From the NCBI GenBank assembly GCA_030141605.1, contig JAQGDQ010000920.1, forward strand, positions 16,441 through 80,440: DNA of 64,000 bases. The letters are read 5' to 3'. Positions 23,961-38,900 of the stretch are shown here, one piece after another (positions within the stretch are counted from its first letter, which is position 1; each line of letters starts with the position of its first letter). The translations under genes were made by a program, and so were the position numbers. This stretch comes from Tubiluchus corallicola (lineage: Eukaryota; Animalia; Priapulida). Below the pieces are notes generated by a model. The model had not been told where the DNA came from and did not search any database. It was given only the letters and a program-made list of their open reading frames with translations.

Positions 23961-26900
23961 GTACGTATACAGTTTTGGTTATTTTTACAATTTTGTTTTA
24001 TGGAAGAATCATAATTATTACATTGTAAAGCATTATCTAACATGGGTGCTGCCAGAGTTTGAGAAATTGGACGCACAAGCAGCTAGGGGGTCTGTGAGCA
24101 TCTTCCTGCTTTTAAGCACATTTTGGAGGCCTCAAATGAGATCTAAACTGTGGTACATTAACTTCCTCAAACGAGAAAAATTCTACTTTTATAAATATAT
24201 TTTACCTACATTTACTTAGGTAATATTCATTGTATTCTATTGCAGTAGTCATATATCTTAAAGCAAGCTTCAAAGAAGTGTCCACCTGGAGTGTACGTGT
24301 GCTGTACTGATTCGTATGCACCGTGTGCTGTACTGATTCGTATGCACAGTGTGCTGTACTGATTCGTACGCATTGTGTGATAACTTTAGGGAATACTAAA
24401 AGATCAATTCTTCTTCAGAAGTTATCATACTTCACTGCAATGCATATCACCCATTACTTAAGCCTAATTCATTTAGTGTCAAGATTATCTACCCAACAAA
24501 ATGTGGGAAGTCAAACATAAAACTGATTTGAGACTGTTAAGTTTACAGCCCGCCCACTGTTCATACAAAATTTAATAAGTTTTGCCAATTTTTCCCACCG
24601 GACACAGCTAAATGGAATTTTACTGCATTTTAGACCATTTTGCGATTGATAGAAGCTATTTCCTCAGGAAAGTTCACTAGTTTAATACTCATTGTGTCAC
24701 CTCAAACTCGTGACTCATAATTTCACTACTACCGTGAAGGTGGGGGGGCAGCCCCTTGAACCTACCCCCTAAATGCAAAAGTGCAGTTACAGTTAGCTAG
24801 AAACTGTCTAGATAATGGAAATTGATAATAGAATCGACTATGTAAGTGATACACGAGCGACTTCACTATGCAAATCAGCTGACTGCTCGGGGATTGCGCA
24901 AATGAACAACCGTTGATGTTTAGTACTAAAAAACCTTCATTTACCCATTACCCATAAATATTTACCCTTAAGAAATTCTGTGGACACACATGCGTCAGCG
25001 CGTCCGCCTGTCAGTGCCCATATTAGCTAACTAGAGGAGTAAGAGGAAGCTTATTGTTGGGATTTGTTTGTTTTTATGGGGATATAATATCACTAATGGA
25101 AGGTCCTGCTGATGGGAATTCACCATTTGCTTGCCATAAATACATTTTTGAAAAAGTTTAGTACAGTTTACGTTTGACCTTAGCGAACCTTAGTGAAATA
25201 ATTAGTGTACTGATTGATCTCAAAATCTAACCCTTTATAAATGAACTATACCTAGTTTATCAGTGAAATTTCAATCTTTTTAGAGTGATGCACTCATGCT
25301 AGAAACTGTTCTTGCTCATGCACACGGAAAGATCAAACAGAGAATGAAATGTTTAGCTTTTATAAGTAATTTCCCTGATTAGTTTTCGTATTGTGCGACA
25401 CAATGATAACTACTGAAGAAGAATTGATCTTTTCGTATTCCCAAAAGTTAGCACACAATGCATACGAATCAGTACAAGCACACGATGCGTACGAATCAGT
25501 ACAGGCACACGGTGCATACGAATCAGTACAAGCACACGGTGCATACGAATCAGTACAGCACACGTACACTCCAGGTGGACACTTCTTTGAAGCTTTGTCC
25601 CGTAACGTGAGCATTTTGTTAGACATTCGTTTTTCTTGATCGATGAAACAGAAACTGGGAACATGCTCGAGTCAGCAGCGAAAACGAACATTGTCATTTT
25701 ATAAGCTCCTCAACATTTGACGATAATTGGCATTGAGATGTCACAAGATTACTGTGGCTTGGGGGCTGGTAACTAATTGGATGTATATTTTATCAACTTC
25801 ATGAGATTTTGAGTAAAAAACTTGTAACTATACCAGATTTTTTTGAAATGTGGTCTTTTCTTTGAGGCCTTGAAGCTTGGTGCTAACTGGGTGTATATTT
25901 TTTCAACTTCATGACATTTTGAGTAAAAAAACTTGTAACTATACTGGATTTTTTTGAAATCTGGTCATTTATGCAAGTTGTAATGGGGCTAAATATGCTA
26001 TAAGAATAACGTGGCATGTTGCCTAATACCCTCAAGGAGAATGTCCCAAAGTTTTTTATTCCTTAGGCCACAAAACATAATTGAATTAATATGCATATAT
26101 TCCTGGACATGTATTGATTTTGCACTTTTTCACTGTAGCCTTTAACTTGAATAGTCATTGGCTTTGTTTGGGGACAATTTGTATAAAAAAAACATTTGCA
26201 GTTAACTTATGTGTATGCTTTAGTTAGATTCTTTTAGTTACAGTGTTCTTTTATATTTTTCACTTCAGTTGAGTTGGTATTAAAGATACTATGATCGTCC
26301 TCCATGCTATACGACTCTAATTACACAAATTAATGAGCTGCAATTCATTAAAAGATATATAAAAAATTCGAATTGATTTTTATTTAAACTAGCCACTCTC
26401 TCGTATAAATGTCCAACATTAAAATCTTAAACATCTAGCAACCATAGTATCATATTTATTCTTAAATTATAAGTACGTTGAATAATTTATTATGGTACTG
26501 GTAAGATAGCTCCAGTCTCTTTAAACTACCCTATTATTGTGTTATTCACACTTGCAACACAGCCGACCCAGTTGCAGTTTGTTTAACCACAGAGTCAAGT
26601 GCACCGTTTTGCTGACTCAGTAACTCAAAGCTGTAAAATCTTCATATTCTTTTCTGTTAGCAAACATAATGTAATGCAGTAAAACAAATAACAAACCTCT
26701 TAATGCCTGTACAGCTTGTATTATGTGTGCCGCTCGATGAAGATTTTGTCTCGAAGGACACGTAATGACAAGTAGTACAATGCTCGGCGAAAAATTTATG
26801 TTGTCTGTCCCTGGGCTGTCCATTTACGTTAATGCTGCGATAATGCCTACATGCTTGGGAATTATTGGAAAAGTTCGTGCTGCCTGTTTTATGCTTTTAA

Positions 26901-29900
26901 ACTAGCATTTGTTGTTGGGGGGGGGGAGCTTCATATATTCTGCAAGCTAGGATCTAGCTCTCAAAGCCTCAAGGGAGAGATCTAGTTAGTGTACATGTTC
27001 GTGACAGTACCAGTAGCTGTTAATTCATGGAGCGAAGTTCTTGGAACTGGAACTACTTTGTAACAAAACAGAGCTTGGAACTGGAACTACTTTGTAACAA
27101 AACAGAGCTTAGAACTGGAGCTACTTTGTAACAAAACAGAGCTTAGAACTGGAGCTACTTTGTAACAAAACAGAGCTTGGAACTGGAGCTACTTTGTAAC
27201 AAAACAGAGCTTAGAACTGGAGCTACTTTGTAACAAAACAGAGCTTAGAACTGGAGCTACTTTGTAACAAAACAGAGCTTAGAACTGGAGCTACTTTGTA
27301 ACAAAACAGAGCTTAGAACTGGAGCTACTTTGTAACAAAACAGAGCTTAGAACTGGAGCTACTTTGTAACAAAACAGAGCTTAGAACTGGAGCTACTTTG
27401 TAACAAAACAGAGCTTAGAACTGGAGCTACTTTGTAACAAAACAGAGCTTAGAACTGGAGCTACTTTGTAACAAAACAGAGCTTAGAACTGGAGCTACTT
27501 TGTAACAAAACAGAGCTTAGAACTGGAGCTTTGTCACAGAGGGACTTGGAATTAAAATTAATTTCTTTTTATGTTCCATGTTAACACCTAGGAGTTAATT
27601 GTTAACTTTTGATATTTTTTAACATTTTCGACGTTTTCAACTTGCTTTCCTTAGTCAGGTATCCCATCAAAAAAAAGAAAAAGTATTTGTTTTCAAGAAT
27701 ATTTAACAGATGCCTGCTATCTTATAAGGTCATTTACCTTTTTGGATTATTCCGTGCAAAATGGACAGAAACTTATGCAGCGAATGGGAACTGAACTTAG
27801 TTCTTTTTAGTGCAAGCGAGTTAGAACTAGTTCCTTTTGCCAAAACATCAGAGGAACTATGAACTTGACTTAGTTTCTGTTGTCATGATGGTACTAGGAA
27901 CTGGAAGAATTCAATTCAATTCAATTTATTTATCTCTATAATGCTGCTATAAAACATGATTAATGAAAGAATCTTTAATAAGTTTTGAAGAATGGTTAAA
28001 ATGTATAGATCTAAAACTAGAGAAAGGATAGCGAAAAGACTATAAAGTTACTTAGTCTGCTATCCTTTACCGAATATAGATAAAATGATTTTTAGACACT
28101 GGTGGGCATTAATGTTGTCAGTTTAATTTAGGAAACATCAGTAATTTTAAATTATGACATTTGCTATATAATCCAGAGTAAGGAATATATATGTAGTTTA
28201 ATTAGCGGGCAACAAAATGTTTCTAAGAAGTTCCTAAAACTGGGGGTCGAAGTTTTACAACCCTGATAATCATTTAGAGTAATTCATTTAGTTTAGATCC
28301 TGAGGCATCTTATCCATTTTTGAACTATATGTGTTCACTGGAAGAGATAATTAGCTGTAGGCTAAAGTGTTTGTCCTCATGATTGTCGTTTATTGATCTG
28401 GCCTTTGTTACTTAACCTTGATCAGTGAGCAGACAGAGACATTATTGAAAGTGTTTTCTTACATTTACGTAGTCTGTTGTACGTCGCTTGAAGACAGAAA
28501 TGTATCATTCCATGCTTCTTCTTCTTCTTCTTCTTCTTCTTCTTTAATGAATCACACATCCAGGGACATGATTCTGCTCACCTCTCTATGCCAGGACTTC
28601 CTACATGCTGCAATGCCCCAAGTGCATTTATTTCTAGGGATCAATGCTGATGTGTTTAAATCTTTCTGTGCAAAATCTAAGTATGTTAACATTTGTCCTC
28701 CTGCAGGTTTTTTAGCTCGTTCTATGGCTTGTTGAAGAGCTATCTTCACTGGACTATCATCAGGTAGTCTAAGCGTGTGCCCAATCCATCTTAAACGTCG
28801 TCTTTTTATTTTTCTTGTCCAAGATTCTTCTTTTATTTTTTCATATAGATCTTTGTTTGAAATTTTCTGTGACCATCTAATACCCAAAATGTTTCTGTAA
28901 TTTCGCTTTTGAAATGCATCGATTTCAGCTTTATGATTTGCTTTTAATGTCCAGAGCTCAGAGTTATACAGAAATACAGTTTTCAACTAATTCTGAGAAT
29001 ATTCTAATTTTTGTTTCCAAAGAAATCTTCCTATTTTCAAAAACTTTTGTGAGTATGTACTCAAAATTCCATGCACCAGAACCTTAAAGAAGCTAACAAA
29101 GCGGAAATCTTTGTAGTGCCTTTGCTGTGTTATCCACCCGTAATTTCACGAGCTTTTCCGTTTTTACTGCAAATGCGCTTTACTGTCCGGTTAAATATTT
29201 AACGCCCAATCAATTTAGCGCGTTGTAAACAGATGTTTTCTTGAACTTTTAAAGAAAGTATGATTTTAGGTTTTTCAATTGAGTGTTGCTTAGTTAACTT
29301 GAACATGGAAAAGACAGAAATATAGATTTCATCGTAAGATTGATATTAGTGCACCAGTTGAATTTGCAGAAAAATTCACAGAATATCAGAGAAGTTTTTT
29401 GATTATTTGTTTTTCTTTGCTTATTTATCCAGTTCGCTCTATGTTTTATTTATTGTAAATGGTAAAAGAGAGCCATTTTATCTAATCCCATCTATATCTG
29501 GGAGCAGTATTGCAGATAAAACCCCTGAACCAGTTTCCATGGCTGTCACCCATCCAATTACTGCTGAACCAGTTTCCATGGCAGTCACCCGTCCAATTAC
29601 TGCTAAACCAGTTTGCATGGCAGTCACCCATCCAATTACTGCTGAACCAGTTTGCATGGCAGTCACCCATCCAATTACTGCTGAACCAGTTTCCATGGCA
29701 GTCACCCACCAATTACTGCTGAACCAGTTTGCATGGCAGTCACCCATCCAATTACTGCTGAACCAGTTTCCATGGCAGTCACCCATCCAATTACTGCTGA
29801 ACCAGTTTCCATGGCTGTCACCTATCCAATTACTCCTGAACCAGTTTCCATGTCAGTCACCCATCCAATTACTCTTGAACCAGTTTCCATTTCAGTCACC

Positions 29901-32900
29901 CATCCAATTACTCCTGAACTAGGTTCCATGGCAGTCACCCATCCAATTACTGGACGTTTGTTTACCCCAGAACTAAGTTTATATGCAATATATGGCTTTG
30001 GCTTCACAAATGTAATCGTAGATTTAATGCCACTTAGTGTTAATTGTGATTTTTTTATTTCATCTGTTACCTGTTCTTGTAGGTGATGTTGAACTGTATG
30101 ATTTGCGACTAAAGCCTGAAGCATTGGTAAGAAAATATTTTATAGTTGTTATTAACGTAGTTTTTTACCTTACTACTTTTCCAAAAAAAATTAGTATGTA
30201 CTTATTTCTGGTAAATTAGATTAGTTTTTCCATTTGGTAAATTTTATGTATAGATATTGGAGATCATTACAAATTTTTATGTCAAAATTCACTGTTAGAC
30301 ATTCTCGCTAATTTGTTTGCAAATTTTGGAAAAACTTTGTGTATTAACACCAGGCATTTGTTTAAACACTTAACTTTCAAATTAAATAACTACATTATTT
30401 ATGATTCGTGTTTCTAATGCCTAATTTAAACTTTATTGTAGGCTGAATTGGACCTTCCCATAGAGGTCAAGGCAGGCTTTGTAGGTACGAAATATTAAAA
30501 AACCTTTTATACGTGACACAAAAAGGTGGCAAAATGCAGAAATAATGCAGGCTTTCCAAAGAGAAGCAGTCCAAATGCCATGTTTAAATACAAAGTGTAT
30601 AGAAATTATAAATACTTTTGAACTTTAAACATGTAGTACATATTAAAACTTATATAAAAATTATTATATAAAAATATATGTTAGAGTTACTGTATACAGA
30701 CTATTAAAAATGTTGGAAAATTATCTTTGCTTTGGCAGAGTTTAATTATTTTGTATAAAAGCTTAAAGTTGCCCGATTTATAACATATGCAGTTGTCTGT
30801 ACAATACGTGTGTGTGTTAAATACATTCATATACTTCTTATTAAAGTAATTCATGCACCATTCAAACCCTTTATTTCTGTTGCTTTATGTAAGGTAAATA
30901 CATTCATATAGTTCTTATTAACATAATTCATGTGTCATTCACACCCTTTATTTCTGTTGCTTTATGTAAGGTTAAATACATTCATATAGTTCTTATTAAC
31001 ATAATTCATGTGTCATTCACACCCTTTATTTCTGTTGCTTTATGTAAGGTTAAATACATTCATATAGTTCTTATTAACATAATTCATGCGTCATTCACAC
31101 CCTTTATTTCTGTTGCTTTATGTAAGGTTAAATACATTCATATAGTTCTTATTAACATAATTCATGTGTCATTCAAACCCTTTATTTCTGTTGCTTTATG
31201 TAAGGTAAATACATTCATATAGTTCTTATTAACATAATTCATGTGTCATTCACACCCTTTATTTCTGTTGCTTTATGTAAGGTTAAATACATTCATATAG
31301 TTCTTATTAACATAATTCATGTGTCATTCACACCCTTTATTTCTGTTGCTTTATGTAAGGTAAATACATTCATATAGTTCTTATTAACATAATTCATGTG
31401 TCATTCACACCCTTTATTTCTGTTGCTTTATGTAAGGTTAAATACATTCATATAGTTCTTATTAAAGTAATTCATGCGTCATTCAAACCCTTTATTTCTG
31501 TTGCTTTATGTAGGATGTTATACATCTGTGGTTATATACATTCTTATACTTATTAAAGTAATTCATGCACCATTCACACCCTTTATTTCTGTTGCTTTAT
31601 GTAAGGTTAAATACATTCATATACTTCTTATTAAAGTAATTATGATTGTAGAACTTTGCTAAGTAAACGCCCTGCAATGTACTTATGTTATTATTATGAA
31701 TTTATTTCACAGCAACTCAAACATACATACAAATTGATATTACATTGAAAAAAAAAACTATGCGAGTTACTGTGAGGAGGGTGAAGGAGTATTGAGCTTT
31801 CGAGTCCTCCTCCAGATAAGTGAAACAATTGAGAATTAACATTACATTTTCATCAGTTATAACGTACATTAGAACAAAATAAGTTTTGTTAGTAACTTGA
31901 GATCAGGATGAGTAAAATTGTGAGTTAATTATACCGTTGTAGTAAGTAATTCTTTGATGCTTTTTTAAATTGATAAAGATTAAGAGTTTTCATTTCACGC
32001 GGAATTGATGACCATATTTTAATAACATTATATTTTGATGACCGTTTCATTATATTTGTTTTTCGAAGAGGGAGTACATAGTTTCCGACTGAATATCTTG
32101 TGTAATGATCATGTTGATTTGAAACTGGACTAAAGTATGACTGAAAAGCTGGTGGAAGTAGTGAATTATGATACTGATACATGAAATGAAGACAATACAT
32201 GTTCTATATTTCTTTCACTTTAAGAGTTTTAACAGACAAGTAAATTATATTTGTGGGATGGTCATACCTTCCATGATATATTAGTTTGAGAATTTTGTTC
32301 TGGGTAATTATGTAATATAGTACTTCTTATATTTTGATCTCAGGTCAGCATTTTCATTGACCATTCTATTAGGGAACTTTTAGTTCACTGTATTTATTCT
32401 GCATAGATATTTATGTCCACAAATGTTTTTGTGCCTGACTTAAATAGCTCACATGAGACAGCATTTGCTGGTAAACATGAAGATTGCATGTTTATACGAT
32501 GTTATCGACTGAATTATCTTCAGTTTCATTTGGTTAGGTGCCACCAGATGTAGCTGCTCAATACATCAGACTTTTCGTTCTAAAAAACTGAAAAGCAATG
32601 AACTCGTAGGCATCTTTGGGGATTGCATTCGAAGTTTGAAAATACGTTTTTGTGCAAATACTTGTTTAGGAGTTAACAAAGCGCTGCTTGCGGTTATGAT
32701 GGAAACTGCATAAAAATTCTATAGTATTATTCCTCATTATATTTTTAAATTGTCTTAAGCACCAGAAACGGTTTTTTACATTTTGTATTTGAAAATTCAC
32801 CAGCGCCTGACAGTTTAATACAATGTGAATTCTTATTAAATGTGTCCACATTTCTGTACAGACTAAGCATTACTTAGCTCCTGTGCAGAATGAGCTGATG

Positions 32901-35900
32901 AATGTTATTAATTATCTTTTCACAACAACAAATGTCAACAGTAGTTTATCACATTGACTGTGACCCCAACATATCTGTTATAATGATCTAAATATTGATA
33001 TTTTATACAAACAGGTAAGCTAAGTCTTAACATACCGTGGACCTCTCTCTACACTTCGCCGGTCATCGCTGACTTGGAAGAGGTATACGTCTTGGCCGCC
33101 CCAATAAGTGACCGCAAATATGATGCAGACCTGGAAAAACAGCTACTTCGTGCTCATAAACGCAGCATCCTGGAAAGCCTGGAAGTTGCTGCTCCAGAAA
33201 AAGAGGATCCCACATTTCTGGAAAAGCTTGTCACTACGATCACGAACAATCTACAGGTGTAGTTGTCTTTTTTCTGTTGTAAATGGTGATTTCTGTTCTA
33301 TACGCCATGCAAATACGAGTATTCTTATTTGTTCTAATAAAAATTTTTTAGTCAGGCCTTACGTTTACAACGGTGATACGTAATTCTGTGCACTATTTAT
33401 TGTAGATCTTCATTAGGAATATTCACATCCGATACGAGGACACGGTGACAGACAGGGAGCACCCAATCGCATTTGGAATCACCTTGCATAATCTGTCTGC
33501 TGAAACCACTAATAATAAATGGAAGCCAACTCAGCTAGACACTAGTGCAACTACAGTGTACAAGGTAAATTGTGGTAATCCGTGTGAAAGTCATGTTTGA
33601 GGTTGTAGTTCAACACTTTGTAGAAAACGAATAAAACACTGTACTACATATCTGCACAAAACTGAAAACGTTTATTAGACTACATACACATATGTAGAAT
33701 GACTGCTGCACTGCACTGAGAGTGTGAGTTAGACAGTGACTAGAAAGTAATTCCAGTCAGTATATATAGCTAGAAGTAACTATGCAAACTTGGCTTCGCA
33801 AAAACCATTACATTAAAATAGGGAGAGATCCAGTGAGTATGCATATTCACTGGACCGAACAATTATACTAGGGGTGAGTTTAGCTAGTAAAATGTAAAGT
33901 GATTAGTCAATAGATGGCAGCACCTAAAAATATACAGTTACAACTTCCACAATCCATGTGAGCATTGTAACAACATGAATATTGTAGCTGTGTAGCTATG
34001 TAGGGCAAACTAAAATAGATTTTATAATTTTGATGGTGTGGAAATAAAAATTTTGTGACTGGTACTGGAAGCTTTTTATTTTGAAGCTGTGCCATAATTG
34101 GGGGTAATACTATGCTTTGTCATTTTATTAACTAAATGTGGCACATTGACTTAACTGGCAAAACTGTTGTTAGTTTAAAAACTTTGTAACTAGATTTAGA
34201 GAAATTTATTGCTCAAGTAAATAGTAGGAGTATATTTTGTCTTGCACATTTTTAAAAAGCCTTGAATTATATGGAATTTGTTTACTTCAGAAGCAGTTTA
34301 CAATTCTCCGCACAATTTAAATACCCGAAGCCTAATCCCAACCCTAACCCCAGCTCTAACCCTAATCCTAATGTGGTTCAAGAACTGATTCGTTGTATGT
34401 GGGGAATTGTAAACTTTAGCCGCTTACTGCAAATACTGCAAATCATGTAAAGTTGTTGGTTATGAACAACTATGCCGTAATGAGTTGCCGGGTTCTTGTG
34501 TTATAAGTTTGTCGTTATCCTATCGCTAATTCCAGAACAAGCAATCTAAAACAAATTAGGACAAATACCCACTACGGAACGAATTCTGTAATCAAGCAAG
34601 CAATTCTACTATGGAATTCTCTCCCATTACAGGTTAAACAAATCAAGTCCCTATCAGCATTTAAAACAAAATTAAAATCACTAATATTAACCAGATATGA
34701 AATACCATCACAGCAGTACGACAACATACACACTAATTCAGAATTCATATATCCACGGCCATATTAATTAAATCATAACTTTTTCATTTTTTGTGCATAG
34801 TTGTAAATATGTTTGATTTTATTCGTCGTTACTTTCCATTACTGCACAGTAGTTTAGATTGCACTGACGCATTTGCCTTTAGCAGTGTAAGCTTTTATTA
34901 ACTATCACTGATTGATCATCTCTGTAAAGTATTTATCAGTGATTATCAATGTATTTTACTGGCAAATAAAGATTATATATATATAATAGTTAAGCACTTT
35001 TGTTTGGCTGTTGTAAAACTTTTAAATTATTAGCAGTGATTGGGTATTGGGTAATTTGTGACTGAGAGGTGAACATTTAATGTAAATTCACTTATATAAC
35101 TCATAACAGCTTACATGTCCAATTGTAATGCCGTTTCTTGTTGCGTGAGCTGCTAGTGTTCTATTAAACCTTGTGAATGCAAGCTACGGATAAATTACAG
35201 AATGTAAGTGACAGAAATTAATCATTTGTGTGCTTGCATACCAAAGCCATCCATAAGTCGGTATAGTTAAAACTGCATTATGGTGCTTCAAAGAAGAATA
35301 GCCCAAAAATTTTGTCAGTTTTTCGTATTTTGTAAATACCAATGCCAAATGTATTGGACTTTTATGTTTTAGCATCAATTTATCGAAAAAGTGTTCGAAA
35401 AACACTAAAAATTTAACTTTGTAGTTCCTTAACTCACTTTTCTGTCTAGAAACTAGTACTGCTATTGCAAAAAACTCCTATTTCCAAACTCCGATAGTAG
35501 CTCGTGGAAGCGGTCATTTTGCTGCATATTTTTTCTGTTGCCAAGCCCAGATCTTCGTCAGGAAGAGCCATCTACTGGATTTAAGCATAACTTCAATGTG
35601 TTTTTGCAAAGTCCTTAGCAACCAAAGTTTGCACGGCTGCTAAGTATTTTGTAGAGACGCGACAAAAAAAAAACAATGGCAAATTTTATCAGCGATTTTC
35701 TCAATATTATGTTTTTCGGTGCGTAGCTTGCACCTCTACTTCAACGTGGATTATCTCAGTTTAGAAATGACAGTGAGTGATCAACTTGGTACAAAAATGA
35801 TCCTCATGAAATGGAGATTAAAGATATGTGAACAACTAAAAAAAACTTAATTGCTGACTTATGGATGATTTTGTTATGCAAGCTCACATTTGTCGATGCA

Positions 35901-38900
35901 TTTGTTTATGTATTTATTACTCATTGTTAGAACGACTTTCATAAATGAAACTTTGCATTTAGTGAAAACTGTGTCTTATGCAGATAATCAAGTTGGAAGA
36001 ATTATCTGTCTACATGATGCCCCATTGCACGATCGACAATCTGTTACTAGCTCAAGAGGAATTTTTAAAATGGAAGATGCTTATGAAACAGTCGTTAATT
36101 ACACACACTATAAACGGAGAGAAATTTACATTTGGTAGGCACATTTTTTCTTCTCTTGCTATCAGCATTACTGCAAACTTGTCATCAAAGTCATCTGAGT
36201 TTTCGCTGATTAGCAAAAATGTTAATTTTCTAGTGACAACTGCAAGGAAAACTGCAATTAAAGGAAAACCGGATGATTGTGTAAACACTAGTTCAGAATA
36301 AAGAATGCTCTAAAATATTGAAAACTACAATAGCTTATTTTAAATCAAAGCTTAGATTAAATAATAAATACCTTGCATAGTAAAATTTCGTTAAACTTTC
36401 AAAGCTACGCGCGGCTCAATGAATCTACTAAGATTGGCAGCGGCGCCTTTTTGCACAAGCTGTGGTTAGTTTCTGACGTAAGCAATAGCTATGTTCGGTT
36501 GCCATTAATTAACTTTTTAGCTAATTATTCAAATATAAGGAACAAATGTTAACTTTTATAGGCAAGAAAATGTATATTTTGGACAGTAAATTAAAATGAG
36601 ATTGAGTCTAAAGAATCGTCCGGTCTTCCTTTAATCTTTATCAACTCAGAGCTCTCTTTGCTGAATTTTTACACACAAATTCTTTGTGGTACTGTTGTGT
36701 AAATGCCACGTGATACGTTTTAATTACCACTTCAATTTAAATAATCGATGTACCGCGGTAAAACATTCAGCACCTGCATGTAAATGTAAATATTTGAACA
36801 CAGTGAAGGACATCTGTTGGCACCTTCAGAAGAAAATGCCTTTTTAACACACTTCTGTATCCTGCAAGCTGATATTTAATGATCAGTGGCAAGGTGTACG
36901 TTCTTATGTTGATGCTTATGGCAGTACTAAAACCTAGTCCGTGCTCAAGGATAATATTTTAAGATGAGGTGCTGGACCAATAGCGTGTCTTAACCAAGTT
37001 CTGATGTGTTACTTCATTAATGACGGAAACGGCCAGAGACGAAATAGCAGATGATGCTTGTGGCAGTACTAAAACCTAGGTCGTGTTCAAGGATAATATT
37101 TTAAGATGAGGTGCTGAACCAACAACGGTACATCTTAGCCAAGTTCTGATGTGTTACTTCCTTAATAAGGGAAATAGCCAGAGGAAATAGCAGATGAAAA
37201 CGTTTCTTGTCACTAACCATGAACTTTGTTTCCTAAGCATGTAATCACGCCGCTCGATCGCATGCCATTTCCTTCTCAGTATGGTAATGAAACCTCTATA
37301 GAGTGTGAAGCTTCAACTCAATCTACAATCTTCACCAAGTAGCAACTATATGACCCCCATTATATATCCAGTTTCTATTTTTTAACGCGTATTTGTTGTT
37401 ATTTTAATCATAGTATTGAAGCCATTATCAGCTGTTGCTAAAGTCATCATTAACAAGTCCGATGACAGCAACGTACCAAAACTGCTTGTCGACTTCGTTC
37501 TACCTGACATGTTTGTTGCACTGAGTCGTCAGCAGGTGAGTACAACAGGTTTTGCAAATGTTCTTTCTACCTGCTCCATGCCAGCAGGTATGTTATGTTT
37601 TCTTGTAGCACTTGTAAGTACTTTTTTAGTTTTATCGTTTAATCTGCAAATTAAGAAAAACATACATAAAGTTTGAGCCTAATAAGTCGAAACAAAATAT
37701 TGTGTAGCAAAAAATACTCAAATGCAAAATACATAGTTAATTAAATAGTAAAAATGTAAGCTAAAGTATTATAGCACATTTTCTGACATGCGAATGCAAA
37801 TTTAGAAGTTCAGAAAAGGAGTGGTGTAATTTTCTTAATTATTTATATCATAGCAGCATATAGTTGGCTCAAAGATCAAATACATGTAGCACCAAGACAA
37901 GGAAAAATACAAATATTTGGCAACACAATAACAAAAATTAGCGCCTCAATTCACATATTAAGCTTTTAGCACGTCAGTGCTATGCTCACACCTTTTACCT
38001 GCCTTATACTCCTGCCACCTGGTGCTTGAAATTCAGGAAATATCCTCATAGCTCTTTTGCTCTTGTTTTACAGTCAATCAAAACTCGTGACCTGATACGT
38101 TGTTTGTTTTTAGTTGCTCACACTGGTCGACATGGCCGAATCTTTCCGCATGATGAACGTCAATAGACAATTTCGAAAATTTAATCCCGAAGTTGATATA
38201 ATTGGCAATGCATCGGCCTGGTGGCATTATGCTTACAAATGCGTTTTGGAGGAATACATTAGACCTTACTCATGGAGCAGAATCAAGGCACACAGGTAAC
38301 GTTTGTTTTGTTGTATTGTGTAAAATATCTGTTGTAATTGTAATGTATTATCACTCCAGCATGTATTTTTACATTACGATTCGCATTATTATCTTAAACT
38401 ATTATGCACGATTATAACTAGGAAAATGAAATATAGTTACAATAATTGTAACAGAACTACATTTGTATACTATAGCGTTGTATAGTTAGGGAAAAATTCT
38501 AAATATAATTACAAAAATTTAACAGAAGTATATTAACATAGTTACTAAACTACATAATAGTTTGTCAACAAGAAATAGATGCTGCATGGTGGTCAAGAAG
38601 CAAAGCTTGTAAGACCATCATGAAAAGTGAAAAAAACGACTCAATTTACAAGAGAGAGAATTAGAAAAACAGAGAATAGTTAAGATAAAATAATAGACAG
38701 AGATAGAGAAAAGAGAAAAGAAGTGAATTAGAAAGAAGTTAGGAAGAAATTACAGAGAAACTGTAATTGTCTATTAGTGATCCTCTGATCGATGACAGTT
38801 CTAGAAAGATTGTTTTTTTTTGTTTAGAGATCTAGAGTGTTTAAAAAAGAAAGTTTAAGTAAGAAATACGAAATAAGAAAAGTAAGAAATAGTGATTTGC

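Noticed and set aside
27040-27531. CRISPR-like appearance of the 34-bp array (also the 55- and 61-bp arrays)
   Set aside because: Units are head-to-tail with no unique spacers, there are no cas genes, and the context is a eukaryotic intron.
29407-30086. Repetitive ORFs (AVTHPITAEPVSM / WMGDCHGNWFSSN)
   Set aside because: They are by-products of a 39-bp minisatellite open in several frames, with an internal frameshift, and exons 1 and 2 of VPS13 join in phase without them.
36990-37200. Hammerhead ribozyme-like ctgatg...gaaa in the 142-bp duplication
   Set aside because: The core is CTGATGTG rather than CTGANGA, and I could not build stems I-III around it.
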